A stretch of DNA of 14,145 bases from a virus. Position numbers and translations under genes: made by a program. The stretch lies in the UHGV virus genome UHGV-0225651; one strand, written 5' to 3'. The notes below the pieces were generated by a model. That model searched no databases. It was given only the letters and a program-made list of their open reading frames with translations, and was not told the DNA's origin. Shown here piece by piece: positions 13,682-14,145 of the stretch. Within the stretch, counting starts at the first letter, position 1. Every line of letters begins with the position of its first letter.

Positions 13682-13756
13682 ACTCGCTTAGTTTATATGG
13701 TAAAGCATCACCCTTACAAGATGAAGAAAAAGGTTCAAGTCCTTTAGCGAGCACCA
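13682..13756 (+). tRNA. tRNA-Val (anticodon TAC)
   Basis: Acceptor ACTCGCT/AGCGAGC (A1/C72 unpaired); anticodon loop CTTACAA flanked by stem TCACC/GATGA (one mismatch); T-arm AAAGG-TTCAAGT-CCTTT; CCA encoded. Confidence 0.7.
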
Positions 13757-13757
13757 T

Positions 13758-13835
13758 GTTCCAGTATCCCAATTGGCAGAGGATGCAAGCTCAAACCTTG
13801 TACTAGTGACGGTTCGAATCCGTCTTGGAACACCA
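13758..13835 (+). tRNA. tRNA with anticodon CAA (Leu-type) but short variable arm
   Basis: Acceptor GTTCCAG/TTGGAAC; D-stem ATCC/GGAT; anticodon stem GCAAG/CTTGT with loop CTCAAAC; T-arm GACGG-TTCGAAT-CCGTC; CCA encoded. Confidence 0.65.
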
Positions 13836-13840
13836 ATTTT

Positions 13841-13916
13841 GCAGGATTAGTTCAAATGGATAGAGCAACAGTCTACGAAGCTGTTAATAGGGGTTCGAAT
13901 CCCTTATCCTGCGCCA
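13841..13916 (+). tRNA. tRNA-Arg (anticodon ACG)
   Basis: Acceptor GCAGGAT/ATCCTGC; D-stem GTTC/GAGC; anticodon loop CTACGAA; T-loop GGTTCGAATCC; CCA encoded. Confidence 0.85.
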
Positions 13917-13934
13917 GATAAGCAAGAGGAATTT

Positions 13935-14145
13935 ATGCAAACATTAATCGTCGTTGAACATGAAAATCCCAATAGTATTGAGTTTGTAAGGGTTCCCACT
14001 ATAGATACCCACATTTTCTTGAAAGTCGGATGGGAATGCGACCCAATAAAAGTAGAAAGATTTATTGGTCATTGCTTTGGTGGAAGACAACTTAAAAGCA
14101 TCAATTTTGAGACAATGTTACCAGAAAGCTCAGAAACAAATAATA
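13935..14145 (+). CDS. Hypothetical protein, 5' partial ORF running off the window edge (MQTLIVVEHENPNSIEFVRVPTIDTHIFLKVGWECDPIKVERFIGH...)
   Basis: ATG at 13935 preceded by AGAGGA about 7 nt upstream; open frame with no stop to 14145; begins 19 nt after the last tRNA. Not in the supplied ORF track, presumably because it is incomplete. Confidence 0.5.
   Translation, partial: MQTLIVVEHENPNSIEFVRVPTIDTHIFLKVGWECDPIKVERFIGHCFGGRQLKSINFETMLPESSETNN

Overview
This window reads as a segment of a large virulent phage genome: AT-rich, with tightly packed and overlapping (translationally coupled) genes, a phage lysozyme, and a dense tRNA array. Everything below is manual reading of the sequence; no folding or search software was run. 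Layout: 1-300 is a non-coding repeat region with strong strand composition skew; 321-347 is a terminator for the leftward operon; 359-8506 is a minus-strand operon of about 19 genes, mostly hypothetical, including a P22 gp19-like GH24 endolysin (5533-5997) and a tandem paralogue pair whose second member carries three Ig-like repeats (5997-7498); 8528-8755 is a divergent regulatory region with dyad symmetry; 8756-10624 holds two plus-strand genes, the second a vWA/MIDAS protein; 10790-13916 is an array of about 20 tRNA genes (CCA mostly encoded) with hairpin-rich spacers carrying recurring motifs; 13935 to the window end is the start of another plus-strand ORF. The most unusual signal is a circularly permuted tRNA-like module (11729-11780: T-arm, then a loop-closed acceptor helix, then D-arm) enclosed by a flanking stem and followed by an 18-bp long-range helix domain, immediately downstream of the vWA protein gene. 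That architecture is what I recall for Ro60/Rsr-associated Y-RNA-like tRNA mimics, but this is a hypothesis, not a demonstrated homology.
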